The notes beneath the pieces were generated by a model. The model was not told where the DNA came from. It did no database searches and saw only the letters and a list, made by a program, of their open reading frames with translations. DNA of 64,000 bases from Eledone cirrhosa (Eukaryota): the NCBI GenBank assembly GCA_964016885.1, contig OZ024764.1, positions 4,464,001 through 4,528,000 of the forward strand, read 5' to 3'. Positions 1-13,477 of the stretch are shown piece after piece. A program made the position numbers and the translations under genes. Positions within the stretch are counted from its first letter, which is position 1. Each line of letters starts with the position of its first letter.

Positions 1-199
1 CACATAACATTTACATTACTCTATATATACTATTGTATTTTCACAGTAAAGGCTTTACCTCACATAATTATCCCACATAACATCTACATTACTCTATATA
101 TACTATTGTATTTTCACAGTAAAGGCTTTACCTCACATAATATCTCACATAACATTTACATTACTCTATATATACTATTGTATTTTCACAGTAAATTTT

Positions 200-1530
200 C
201 ACATGTGATGAGTTGAGAGAGAAGAGGGATAAGTTGTAGTGTGTGGGAGAGAAGGCTGAGATGGTATGGACATGTGATGTGTTGAGAGAGAAACTGTGTA
301 TAAGAGGGATAAGTTGTAGTGTGTGGGAGAGAAGTCTGAGATGGTATGGACATGTGATGTGTTGAGAGAGAAACTGGGTATAAGAGGGATAAACTGTAGT
401 GTGTGGGAGAGAAGACTGAGATGGTATGGACATGTGATGTGTTGAGAGAGAAACTGGGTATAAGAGGGATAAACTGTAGTGTGCGGGAGAGAAGACTGAG
501 ATGGTATGGACATGTGATGTGTTGAGAGAGAAACTGGGTATAAGAGGGATAAACTGTAGTGTGTGGGAGAGAAGACTGAGATGGTATGGACATGTGATGT
601 GTTGAGAGAGAAACTGTGTATAAGAGGGATAAGTTGTAGTGTGTGGGAGAGAAGACTGAGATGGTATGGACATGTGATGTGGAGAGAGAGAAACTGGGTA
701 TAAGAGGGATAAGTTGTAGTGTGTGGGAGAGAAGTCTGAGATGGTATGGACATGTGATGTGTTGAGAGAGAAACTGGGTATAAGAGGGATAAACTGTAGT
801 GTGTGGGAGAGAAGACTGAGATGGTATGGACATGTGATGTGTTGAGAGAGAAACTGGGTATAAGAGGGATAAACTGTAGTGTGCGGGAGAGAAGACTGAG
901 ATGGTATGGACATGTGATGTGTTGAGAGAGAAACTGGGTATAAGAGGGATAAGTTGTGGTGTGTGGGAGAGAAGACTGAGATGGTATGGGCATGTGATGT
1001 GTTGAGAGAGAAACTGTATTAGAGGGATAAGTTGTAGTGTGTGGGAGAGAAGACTGAGATGGTATGGACATGTGATGTGTTGAGAGAGAAACTGGGTATA
1101 AGAGGGATAAACTGTAGTGTGTGGGAGAGAAGACTGAGATGGTATGGGCATGTGATGTGTTGAGAGAGAAACTGTATTAGAGGGATAAGTTGTAGTGTGT
1201 GGGAGAGAAGACTGAGATGGTATGGACATGTGATGTGTATAAGAGGGATAAGTTGTAGTGTGTGGGAGAGAAGACTGAGATGGTATGGACATGTGATGCA
1301 CATGGAAGATGATCACTGGGTAAAGAAGTGCCAAGAAATCCCAGTAGAAGGAAGACACAGTAGAGGAAGACCACGTAAAACATGGGTGGAGGTGGTGAGA
1401 GCAGACCACAGATTGCTGAAGCTTACAGAGAAGATGACGAAGAACGGTGACAAGTGGAGAGATGCTGTACTGAATAGGACCCGTCCCACCCTTGAATGCA
1501 GGGACAAGCGGACGTAAAATAATGATGATA
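200..1530 (+). mobile_element. RTE family A 3' end with about 14 x 80-bp internal tandem repeat
   Basis: Unit encodes REKLGIRGISCSVWERRLRWYGHV, then continues MEDDHWVKKC...RGRPRKTW and the tail. Confidence 0.9.
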
Positions 1531-1859
1531 AAAGCACTGTCGGCAGCACAAAGCTTTTCTACATGTACAGCTTGATCCTGGTCCTTGGTTTGTGACATAC
1601 CAAGGCTAAATTATACGTATGGTTCAATGCTAGCTTGGTGTTTATGGCTTGCTGCTCCTCCTAACGCTGGCCACTTGACACCATGTGTCAGGAGGGCACC
1701 CCTAGGACAATCCCACAGTGTTAAGTGTTCTTTGCTTTACCGTTTCTTAGAATCGATATTAGCAGAAGCCAAGCCAGACTGCAATATGACATATACAGTA
1801 ATTTGGCTGTGACCCTGGAGGTCAACTGACAAAAACTGGGAAAGGTCGTATTACAGTTT

Positions 1860-4800
1860 GATGATGGTGGTAGTGGTGGTAGTGGTGGTATGGTGGTGGT
1901 GATGGTGGTATGGTGGTGGTGGTAGTGATGGTGGTATGGTGGTGGTAGTGGTATGGTGGTATGGTGGTGGTAGTGATGGTGGTGGTGGTGGTGGTGGTGG
2001 TGTGATGGTATTGGTAGTAGTACTATCTTGGTGGTGTGATGGTATTGGTAGTGGGGTTTGTATGGTAGTGGTGGTAGTGATGGTATGGTTGTGGTGGTAG
2101 TGATGGTGGTGGTGTGATGGTATTGGTAGTAGTACTATCTTGGTGTTGGTGGTGGTGGTGGTATGGTGGTGTGATGGTAGTGGGGTTTGTATGGTAGTGG
2201 TGGTAGTGATGGTGGTGGTGTGATGGTATTGGTAGTAGTACTATCTTGGTGGTGGTGGTGGTATGGTGGTGTGATGGTAGTGGGGTTTGTATGGTAGTGG
2301 TGGTAGTGGTGGTGTGATGGTAGTGGGGTTTGTATGGTAGTAGTGGTAGTGATGGTTGGTGGTAGTGGTGGTATGGTAGTGGTGGTAGTGATGGTATTGG
2401 TAGTAGTACTATCTTGGTGGTGGTGGTGTGATGGTAGTGGTGGTGTGATGGTAGTGGGGTTTGTATGGTAGTGATGGTAGTGGGGTTTGTATGGTAGTAG
2501 TGGTAGTGATGGTTGGTGGTAGTGGTGGTATGGTGGTGGTGTGATGGTATTGGTAGTAGTACTATCTTGGTGGTGGTGGTGTGATGGTAGTGGGGTTTGT
2601 ATGGTAGTGGTGGTAGTGATGGTTGGTGGTAGTGGTGGTATGGTGGTGGTGTGATGGTATTGGTAGTAGTACTATCTTGGTGGTGGTGGTATGGTGGTGT
2701 GATGGTATTGGTAGTAGTACTAGTGGTGTGGTAGTGGGGTTTGTATGGTAGTGGTGGTAGTGGTGGTATGGTGGTGATGGTGGTGGTGTGATGGTATTGG
2801 TAGTAGTACTCTCTTGGTGGTGGTGGTATGGTGGTGTGATGGTATTGGTAGTAGTACTAGTGGTGTGGTAGTGGGGTTTGTATGGTAGTGGTGGTGTGAT
2901 AGTATTGGTAGTAGTACTATCTTGGTGGTGGTGGTATGGTGGTGTGATGGTATTGGTAGTAGTACTAGTGGTGTGGTAGTGGGGTTTGTATGGTAGTGGT
3001 GGTGTGATAGTATTGGTAGTAGTACTATCTTGGTGGTGGTGGTATGGTGGTGTGATGGTATTGGTAGTAGTACTAGTGGTGTGGTAGTGGGGTTTGTATG
3101 GTAGTGGTGGTGTGATAGTATTGGTAGTAGTACTATCTTGGTGGTGGTGGTATGGTGGTGTGATGGTATTGGTAGTAGTGCTAGTGGTGTGGTAGTGGGG
3201 TTTGTATGGTAGTGGTGGTGTGATAGTATTGGTAGTAGTACTATCTTGGTGGTGGTGGTATGGTGGTGTGATGGTATTGGTAGTAGTGCTAGTGGTGTGG
3301 TAGTGGGGTTTGTATGGTAGTGGTGGTGTGATGGTATTGGTAGTAGTACTAGTGGTGTGGTAGTGGTGGTGTGATAGTATTGGTAGTAGTACTATCTTGG
3401 TGGTGGTGGTATGGTGGTGTGATGGTATTGGTAGTAGTACTAGTGGTGTGGTAGTGGTGGTGTGATAGTATTGGTAGTAGTACTATATCTTTGTGGTGGT
3501 GGTAGTGTTGGTTTTGGTGGTAGTAGTGTTGGTGGTTGTGTGGTCATGTAGTAATGGTGGTTGTGTGGTGGTGTTGTGTGGTGGTTGTAGTGGTGGTAGT
3601 GTTGGTGTTGTGTGGTGGTTGTGATGGTAGTGTAGTAGTGTTGTTGTTGTTGGTGGTGGTGGTGTTGTGATGGTAGTGTAGTAGTGTTGGTGGTGGTGTT
3701 GTACTGGTGATAGTGGTGGTGGTGTTGGGATGTTGTACTGGTGATAGTGGTGGTGGTGTTGGGATGTTGTATTGGTGATGGTAGTGGGGGGTGCTATACT
3801 GGTGGTGGTGGTGGGATGTTGTATTGTTGATGGTGGTGGTGGTGGTGTTGTACTGATGATGGTAGTGGGGGGGGTGTTGTACTGGTGATGATGGTGGTGG
3901 TGGTGGTGTTGTACTGGTGGTGGTGGTGGGATGTTGTACTGGGGGGGGGAGGTTGTACTTGTAATGGTTGTGGAGAGGGGTGTTGTGTTGTGATGGCGGT
4001 GGTTGTGGTGGAGTGTTGTACTGTTGATGGTGGTGACAGTGGTGGGATGTTGTACTGATGATGGTAGTGTGGGGGGGGGGGTTGTACTGGTGATGATGGT
4101 GGTGTTGTACTGGTGATGGTGGTGGTGGTGGTGGGATGTTGTACTGTTGATGGTGGTGGTGGTGGTGGTGTTGTACTGATGATGGTAGTGGGGGGAGGGG
4201 GGCTTGTACTGGTGATGGTGGTGGTGGTGGTGTACTGGTGATGGTGGTGGTGGTGGGATGTTGTACTGTTGATGGTGGTGGTAGTGGTAGTGGTGGGATG
4301 TTGTACTGTTGATGATGGTGGTGGTGGTGGTGTTGTACTGATGATGGTAGTGGGGGGAGGGGGGCTTGTACTGGTGATGGTGGTGGTGGTGGTGTACTGG
4401 TGATGGTGGTGGTGGTGGGATGTTGTACTGTTGATGGTGGTGGTAGTGGTAGTGGTGGGATGTTGTACTGTTGATGATGGTGGTGGTGGTGGTGTTGTAC
4501 TGATGATGGTAGTGGGGGGGACGGGGGCTTGTACTGTTGATGGTGGTGGTGGTGTTGTACTGGTGATGGTGGTGGTGGGATGTTGTACTGATGATGGTAG
4601 TGGGGGGGTGTACTGGTGATGGTGGTGGTGGTGGGATGTTGTACTGGTGGGAGGGGGGAGTGTTGTATTTGTGATGGTAGAGGGGTGTTGTGTTGTACTG
4701 GTGATGGTGGTGGTAGTGGTGGGATGTTGTACTGTTGATGATGGTGGTGGTGGTGGTGTGTTAAGTGAGATGTGTACTTCAGATGATAATGGTGGTGTGA

Positions 4801-4880
4801 TGATGATGGTGGTGGTGTGTCGTATGTCTGGTGGTGGTGGTGGTGTGTCGTATGTCTGGTGGTGGTGGTGGTGGTATGTA
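1860..4880. repeat. G-rich (GGT/GTA/GAT) compound minisatellite
   Basis: Recurring gatggtattggtagtagtactatcttggt and gggatgttgtactg motifs. Confidence 0.95.
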
Positions 4881-5034
4881 GTTGTTAGTTGAAAAACCAA
4901 CTGCGCATATTCTATCCTACACAAGCTTTGATATCATCATCATCAACTTATAATGCCCGTTATATGTATATATACACATGTATGTATATATATATACACA
5001 TGTATGTATATATATACACACATATATGTGTATA

Positions 5035-5065
<31 letters not shown>

Positions 5066-5239
5066 GTGCGTGTACTTAAATATTTACGTGCATACATATA
5101 TACACAATACAGGTATGTGTATAATATATATATATATATAGATATATGATGATGATATATACACCTATATATATATATATATGTATGTATGTGTGTGTGT
5201 GTATTGTGTTTATAGATAATTTGTGTCGGGTTATGTATT

Positions 5240-5278
<39 letters not shown>

Positions 5279-5529
5279 GCAAAGATCGTATATATATGTA
5301 CACCTATGTATATTATGTGTATATATATCTATATATACATATGTATGTATATGCATGTATATATATATATATATATATATGTATATGCATGTGTGTATAT
5401 ACACATATGTGTATGTATGTATGTATATGCATGGGTATATATACATGCATATAAAACAGAAAACATGTATGTATGTATATGTATATATATATATTATGAC
5501 GACAGAAATAAGGGATGAGAAGGATGGGG

Positions 5530-5790
5530 GGGGGGCAAATAGCTAGCAAGTTGTCAAATTGGCAGCCAATGTAGACAACTTGCCCTTTCCTTTTAACACC
5601 TCCCCCCTCCCTCGTACGTCCTCCCCATCACCACCATAACGTCTCTAACATCTCGCACGTGCGACAGAGAGAAAGGGGGAGAGTGAGAAGGTACGAGTGT
5701 GAGAGGTGGAGAGAGAGAGAGTAAGAGGTGTAGAAAGAGAAAGGCGGAGTGTGAGAAGTTGAGAGAGCATCGGCTGCCAAATTTTTCTCT
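5530..5790. promoter_or_regulatory. CpG-containing unique island with E-box/HRE-like motifs and a 38-bp palindrome
   Basis: gcacgtgc near 5655, cgtacgt near 5613, palindrome 5546-5583; lies between microsatellite blocks upstream of the candidate first exon. Confidence 0.35.
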
Positions 5791-5799
5791 CTTTCCATC

Positions 5800-6770
5800 A
5801 CCGTCTCTCCTTCTACTATCCCTCTCTCTCTCCCCTTGACTCTCTTTTCACTCCGTCTCTCTCCCTCTCTTTCCACTTATTCTCTCTCTCTTTTTATCCT
5901 TGTCTTTCTCCCTCTCTTTCCACTTATTCTCTCTCTCTTTTTATCCTTCTCTTTCTCCCTCTCTATATCACTTCGTCTCTCTCTCTCTTACCTATCTCTC
6001 CCTCTCTATATCACTTCGTCTCTCTTTCCCTGTCTCTCCCTCTCTATATCACTTCATCTCTCTCTCTCTTTCCTTGTCTCTTCCTCTCTATATCACTTCG
6101 TCTCTCTCTCTCTCTCTCTCTTTCCCTGTCTCTCCCTCTATATATCACTTCGTCTCTCTCTCTTTCCCTGTCTCTCCCTCTCTATATCACTTCGTCTCTC
6201 TCTCTCTCTCCCTGTCTCTCCCTCTATATATCACTTCGTCTCTCTCCTTACTCTTTCTCTCTCTTCTTACTCTTTCTCTCTCTCTTTCTTCCCTCTCTGC
6301 CCCACCACCATCTCTCTTTCTCTCTCTCTGTCCTCTCTTTTTTGCCCCATCTTTCTCTCTTTCTTTCCCTCATTCATCTCTCTCCTCTCTCTCTACACCC
6401 TTCTCCCCATCTCTTTCATTTGTCTTTGCCCATCTCTCCACTCTCCCGCTACCCCCACCACTATATCTCCCCCTCTCTCTCTTTGCCTTATCCTTCTCTC
6501 TCTCCTTCATTCTCTCCTCTCTCTATCTGCCTTTACCGACATCTCTCCCCATCTTTCTCTCTCTTTGCCCCATCTTTCTCTCTTTCCCTTATTCATCTCT
6601 CTTTCTCTTTATCTGCCTCCACCATTATCCCTCCCTCCCTCTCTTTCTTTCTCTATGCCCCATCTTTCTCTTTATCTGCCTCCACCACTATCCCTCCCTC
6701 TCTTTCTTTCCCTCACTCGTCTCTCTCTCTCTCTCCCCTTCTCCCTCTCTCCACCACTACCCCCCCCCCC
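5800..6770. repeat. (CT)n-rich polypyrimidine tract
   Basis: Direct inspection; similar tracts at 42950-43865 and 53350-55000. Confidence 0.95.
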
Positions 6771-6888
6771 ATATATATATACACTACACCAAGTGTGACG
6801 TAGTTACCTGCTCAGTGCGCAGACTCCACACATCTTCCACACAGCAACGACCAACATCTTCTCGTCTCTTTAAAGCGTTTCGGTATGT
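6770..6888 (+). promoter_or_regulatory. Candidate aldolase core promoter and non-coding first exon (about 6814-6882)
   Basis: Unique island with a TA run, CRE-like TGACGT, initiator-like TCAGT (6812-16), an ATG-free leader and donor CG|gtatgt at 6883. The acceptor before the start codon requires an upstream exon. Confidence 0.45.
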
Positions 6889-6991
6889 AAAGAAAATAAC
6901 TGTATTTAAACACCCTGCATTATATACACCATTGTATACACACCTGTGTGTAGAGATCATCGTGTAGTCATATATACACACTTGTGGTCGG

Positions 6992-7023
<32 letters not shown>

Positions 7024-7366
7024 GTATATATGTGTGTGTATATATATATATATGTTGTCGGTAGATCTGGCTGCCTCTGTCAAGGTCGTCACAGACGTCC
7101 TTGACACACTGCAAGGACAGATCTGGAGATATATATATACAGATGTGTATATGTATATATATATACTGATGTGTGTGTATATATATATATACCGATGTGT
7201 AAGTATATATACATGTATATATATATATATACACCGATGTGTAAGTATATATGTATATATACATATATATATATACATCTGTGTATTTATATATATACAC
7301 CGATGTGTATATATATATATATATATATACATCGGTGTATATATATATATATATATATATACATCG

Positions 7367-7401
<35 letters not shown>

Positions 7402-7411
7402 GGTGTATATA

Positions 7412-7448
<37 letters not shown>

Positions 7449-7452
7449 ATCG

Positions 7453-7498
<46 letters not shown>

Positions 7499-7502
7499 AT
7501 CG

Positions 7503-7576
<74 letters not shown>

Positions 7577-7583
7577 ATCGGTG

Positions 7584-7624
<41 letters not shown>

Positions 7625-7668
7625 GTATATATATACATCGGTGTGTATATATATATATATATACATCG

Positions 7669-7703
<35 letters not shown>

Positions 7704-8063
7704 GGTGTATATTTATATATATATATATATACACATCGGTGTATATATATATCATCATCATTTTACGTCTGCATGATGATGATGATATATATATATATAT
7801 ATGCATGCATATATATCATGATCATATCTGTATACTCATCAACGCACATATACGCAATCGACACGCGCATACATATTCACTCTAACATATATACACTCAC
7901 AACCACACATACATGCATGTATACACGCATTACTCGTCATATATATATACATCGGACATATATGAAGATATATACACATTTGTACACACACCCTATATAT
8001 TTACACAGAAAACCTTATATATATATATATACATACATGCTGAAATCATCCCTTGCGTTTATG

Positions 8064-8104
<41 letters not shown>

Positions 8105-8165
8105 TTCATCTCATTTCATCCAATTTTTTGTAACATATTATTGTGTATATATATATATATATATA

Positions 8166-8205
<40 letters not shown>

Positions 8206-8325
8206 GTGTATGTGTATATATATACATGTGTATGTGTATATATATACATATGTATGTGTATATATATACATATGTATGTGTATATATATACATATGTATG
8301 TGTATACATATGTATGTGTATGTAG

Positions 8326-8356
<31 letters not shown>

Positions 8357-8551
8357 CATACATATGTATCTGTATATATATATATACACATACATTATAT
8401 ATATATATATATGTATGTATACACATATGTATGTATATGTATATATACACATAAATTATAGTATGCAATCTATATGGTTTAAAAAAATTGATAAATTTAA
8501 ACTTTGCGTCTGTATGTGTGTATGTATATATATATATATATATAGATATGG

Positions 8552-8598
<47 letters not shown>

Positions 8599-8617
8599 TG
8601 TCTGTATGTATGTGTCC

Positions 8618-8663
<46 letters not shown>

Positions 8664-8795
8664 ATGTTGTGGTATAAACATCAAGAGATGTTTAGAGTGA
8701 AAGTGTTGTGACTTATAATTATGTAATCTGTTTTGTCTTGCATAAATTACCATAAATTAACGTGTTGCATATATGTATTTCCTAATTTCACTGTA

Positions 8796-8828
<33 letters not shown>

Positions 8829-8885
8829 ATTTGATGTAGGATATATGTATCGTAAGAGAGGAGATATATATGTATGTATATTTGA

Positions 8886-8918
<33 letters not shown>

Positions 8919-9043
8919 GTATCTGTCTGTGTATATATGAAATAAAATCTTATTTCCGTTGACTGAATCAAATCGACTGATCACCGTGGAATACGACGGA
9001 GGATGTGTATATTGTTTATAGATATATGTATATTGCATGCGTA

Positions 9044-9100
<57 letters not shown>

Positions 9101-9163
9101 TCATATAGTTTTATATACGTTTGTACATTGCATAGATGTATAAATATATGTCAGTACCCCCCT

Positions 9164-9221
<58 letters not shown>

Positions 9222-9305
9222 CATGTGTGTATATATATATATAGTTATGTAATAAACAACATAAGGCAATTATTTCCTGGGCTTTTCCGACGGAATTACT
9301 TTATT

Positions 9306-9385
<80 letters not shown>

Positions 9386-9838
9386 ATATATATTTGATAT
9401 ATATTTATCCTTATCGATCCCTCTTTGGATTTTAGTCTTCAAATTTATTATAATTACTATATATATTGTACGAGCGAGACACGGTTTCCTGATCAATCTT
9501 GCCTCAAGTGGGACAAACCCGTCCAACCCATGCTAGCCTGGATGATGGACGTTAAACGATGATGATGATTATATATATATATATATACTGTATATAGTAA
9601 TAATAATAAATGTGAAGACTAAAATCCAAAGAGGGCTCGATAAGGATAAATATATATCAAATAGTGAAAGCAGCGATTCTTTGCTTAAACTTTAATCTGT
9701 TATGTTCATAGATATATTGTATATATATATATAGATATATATATATATTTATATATGACTATCCGGGAGCTTCCAACAGAAATGGTCGCATTCTTTTTAG
9801 CGTATGTCAATATTTATTTATGAAACTGATCTATATTA

Positions 9839-9903
9839 TATTTTATCTGATGAAAGCACACCGTAATTTAACTTGGTGTCCTTGAAATATGTATAATGAA
9901 ATA
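9839..9903 (+). ncRNA. Minimal type I hammerhead ribozyme (family H1, second copy)
   Basis: tattttat-CTGATGA-[aagcacacc...ggtgtcctt]-GAAA-tatgt-ATA-atgaaata; flanks homologous to about 24595-24780. Confidence 0.7.
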
Positions 9904-10029
9904 AATATGGTTTTATAAATATAGTTTCCATTTGTTAATATATCGTATTTTTACTCCAATAATTTTTTGAGTGCTTTATATCTGTTATAAAAATATTTGC
10001 TTGTTGTATCCCAACAATTTAAATAGAAC

Positions 10030-10071
<42 letters not shown>

Positions 10072-10190
10072 GTTATTCCGGGTTGAATCGGAGGTAACCA
10101 CAGTAAGTAAGGTACTCAATACATAGCAGAGTATAACAGTTTTAATATAGATGAGATTCTACAGGACTAGAACTGTTTCATTCATTAGAA

Positions 10191-10260
<70 letters not shown>

Positions 10261-11194
10261 ATATACAGATATGTATGTGTACATTGCATATGTATGTGAT
10301 TTGGATGTATATTGCACACAGACACTGTCTTACGCACACACACACACATACACTCTCTTACGCACGCACACACACATACACTCTCTTATACACACTTACA
10401 CACACACACACATTGCGTATAATGGCGGCTCTCCCAGCATAACTGCAACCCATTAGGAAAAGCTTAAAGAATCTACACACACACACATATATATGTATAT
10501 ATATATATATACACACATACAGACCTGTATACACACACACACATACACACACACGCACATCTAAATATATATTAGTGTTAGCTCCCCCCTCCCTCACATG
10601 TCATGTAGTCTGTGCTCTGTCAAGGACGTTGCTTATAACCTTGACAGTTGAAGGACACGCCTAACTATACACAAACCTATATATACATACATATACACAC
10701 ATATACACTTGATCACGTATACATCATAGAAATATTGACAGAAAATTATTCTCGTTTTTTTCTAATATATTTATTTGAAATATAATAGATATATATATTT
10801 TCCAAAACTGTATATATATATCTACATTATGTATATATCTACATTATATACATATCTACATTATATACACACCAGCCCACATATATATTGAAAGTAAATT
10901 GTTCTCGCTCTTTCTGTTATATTTTATATATAATATATGTCCCAGCCTTTCCTGGCTGGAAAAACGGACATTAAACGATGTTGATATATTTTCTAAAAAT
11001 GTCTACACCACTATATATATATACACATATATATGTAGGAAAAATTATGACCCCGACGGCAGAGCTCAAGCCGTTTCGTCGGGGGTCATACTTTTCTTTA
11101 TTTCCCACTCTACTACCCTAAGTATTGAGTACTCTGGTGCGTTATGGTCCATTAGGTTCCTTTCCCCAATTCCTTTGTTATATATATATATATG

Positions 11195-11253
<59 letters not shown>

Positions 11254-11301
11254 TATGAAAATAAACCAAAGAAGCCTTCAATACATCAAAAGTCTTTATT
11301 A

Positions 11302-11339
11302 GCCAACAATGTTTCGTCCTATTAAGGACTCATCAGGGC
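11302..11339 (-). ncRNA. Minimal type I hammerhead ribozyme (family H2)
   Basis: Minus strand gcc-CTGATGA-gtcct(taat)aggac-GAAA-c(att)GTT-ggc, followed by AATAAA. Confidence 0.75.
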
Positions 11340-11448
11340 AAGTAAAGCTATAAGAAGCACTATCGGGCAGTACAAGCCAAAAACTAACCATTTCATTTCT
11401 ATAATATGAAGAGGGTGTTTAACTCCAACACACTCTAGTATTTTAATT

Positions 11449-11509
<61 letters not shown>

Positions 11510-11527
11510 GTATATATATGTATATAT

Positions 11528-11707
<180 letters not shown>

Positions 11708-11778
11708 GTATATATGTGTATATATGTATATATATGTATATATATATGTATATATGTATATATATGTATATATATATG

Positions 11779-11810
<32 letters not shown>

Positions 11811-11816
11811 TATATG

Positions 11817-11854
<38 letters not shown>

Positions 11855-12020
11855 TGTTGGGACTGAGTTCAAATCCCACCGAGGTTAACTTTGCGGGGTC
11901 GATAAAATAAAGTACCAGTAATACACTGGATAATTGCTGGCCCTGTGCCTAACGTAGAAACAATTATATTGTTGATGCTTCCAAAATGACCATTTATCGT
12001 CTTTTTAGGTACTTTTAATG

Positions 12021-12052
<32 letters not shown>

Positions 12053-12997
12053 AAAATACTAAAAAGAATGAATTGTTAGGTCTTCATTACGCTTATTGAG
12101 GTGTGACGCACGTTTCACAATTGATCTGCTCAAGGCTCGATCTGGCCCGACTCTGGAAATAAAAGCTTGTCAGACTTCTGTGTATAATAATAATAATGAA
12201 ATTATTGTGTACAGTGCTCAGGTGCACTACAACTCATCAAAGGTGCATGTATAGTACATAGAATAATGTACAAATGTGTATATATATTATATATATATAT
12301 ATATATTATATTATATATACACAAATGTGTATATATATTATATACACACGATCCCACATATATTATACTATTAAAATAGTCCCAATGTTTGAATGTTTTA
12401 ATTTTTTCGTAATTATAAAAGAAAATGTATGCAACTGTGTTTATGTAACTTTATTTCCATTTGTCCCACCTTATTGCATGCTCTGAGTTCAAATCCCACC
12501 CAGGTCAATTTTGCCTTTCATCCTTTCAAAGTCGATAAAAAAAAGTACCAGTCCAGTACTGGGGTCAATTCTACTTCTATAGAAAAAAAATCGGCTGCCA
12601 GGTTTAAGTGCCCTAGACACACCGTATTTTGGTGCCTCTATGACCACCCTACAAGGAGTTATAGCATGGTCAGATATTGGAGTTACAGGAAGTTCTAGTG
12701 ACATTGTGACATGGTCAGATATTGGAGTTATAGGAAGTTGTAGTGACATTGTGACATGTTCAGAATCCTTTTATATATATATATATATATATTATTATTT
12801 GTCTGACCCGAATTTTCTTGGTCGTTTTTTCGGCTGTGCGAATGATTTTAAGCATTATCTCAGTGTGTTGGTATTTAAACGTCAGTTATAGCTCTGGTTT
12901 ATCCAAACTATTGAGCACTTTGCCACACTTTTCGAAGATTGTGTTTCGTTATTTCGTGGGCCGAGATTCCGATTCTCGATAATTTATTTGTATGTAA

Positions 12998-13028
<31 letters not shown>

Positions 13029-13477
13029 ATGTGTTGTTTCCTTGAGCAAGACATTTTATTTCACATTGCTCCAGTTTACTCAGCTGTAGAAATGAGATGA
13101 TAGGACTGGGGTCCCTATCATTCCATTGCAAAATGGTCGTGGAGGTGCCACGGCGAAAAAGCACCCAGCCCACACTGTAAAGTGGACGTGTAGGTACCAC
13201 GGCAAAAAAGCACCCAGCCCACACTGTAAAGTGGACGTGTAGGTGTCACGGCAAAAAAGCACCCAGCCCACACTGTAAAGTGGACGTGTAGGCGCCACGA
13301 AAAAAAAAAAGCACCCAGCCCACACTGTAAAGTGGACGTGGAGGTGCCACAGCAAAAAAGCACCCAGCCCACACTGTAAAGTAGACGTGGAGGCGCCACG
13401 GGGAAAAAAAAAGCACCCAGCACTCACTGTAAATGGAGTTGGTGTTAGGAAGGGCATCCAGCTGTAAAAATCAAGCC

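Noticed and set aside
161-1598. Long minus-strand ORFs (250-470 aa)
   Set aside because: Antisense readings of the 80-bp RTE-derived repeat.
3794-8753. His/Pro/Thr-rich, Leu/Ser-rich and YI-repeat ORFs (also near 30 kb, 36-38 kb and 46-48 kb)
   Set aside because: Translations of (ACC)n, (CT)n and (TA)n tracts with no domain or splice support.
12100-12180. Minus-strand CTGACAA...GAAACGTGCGTC hammerhead-like motif
   Set aside because: Core is mutated and stems I and II do not pair convincingly; at most a decayed relic.
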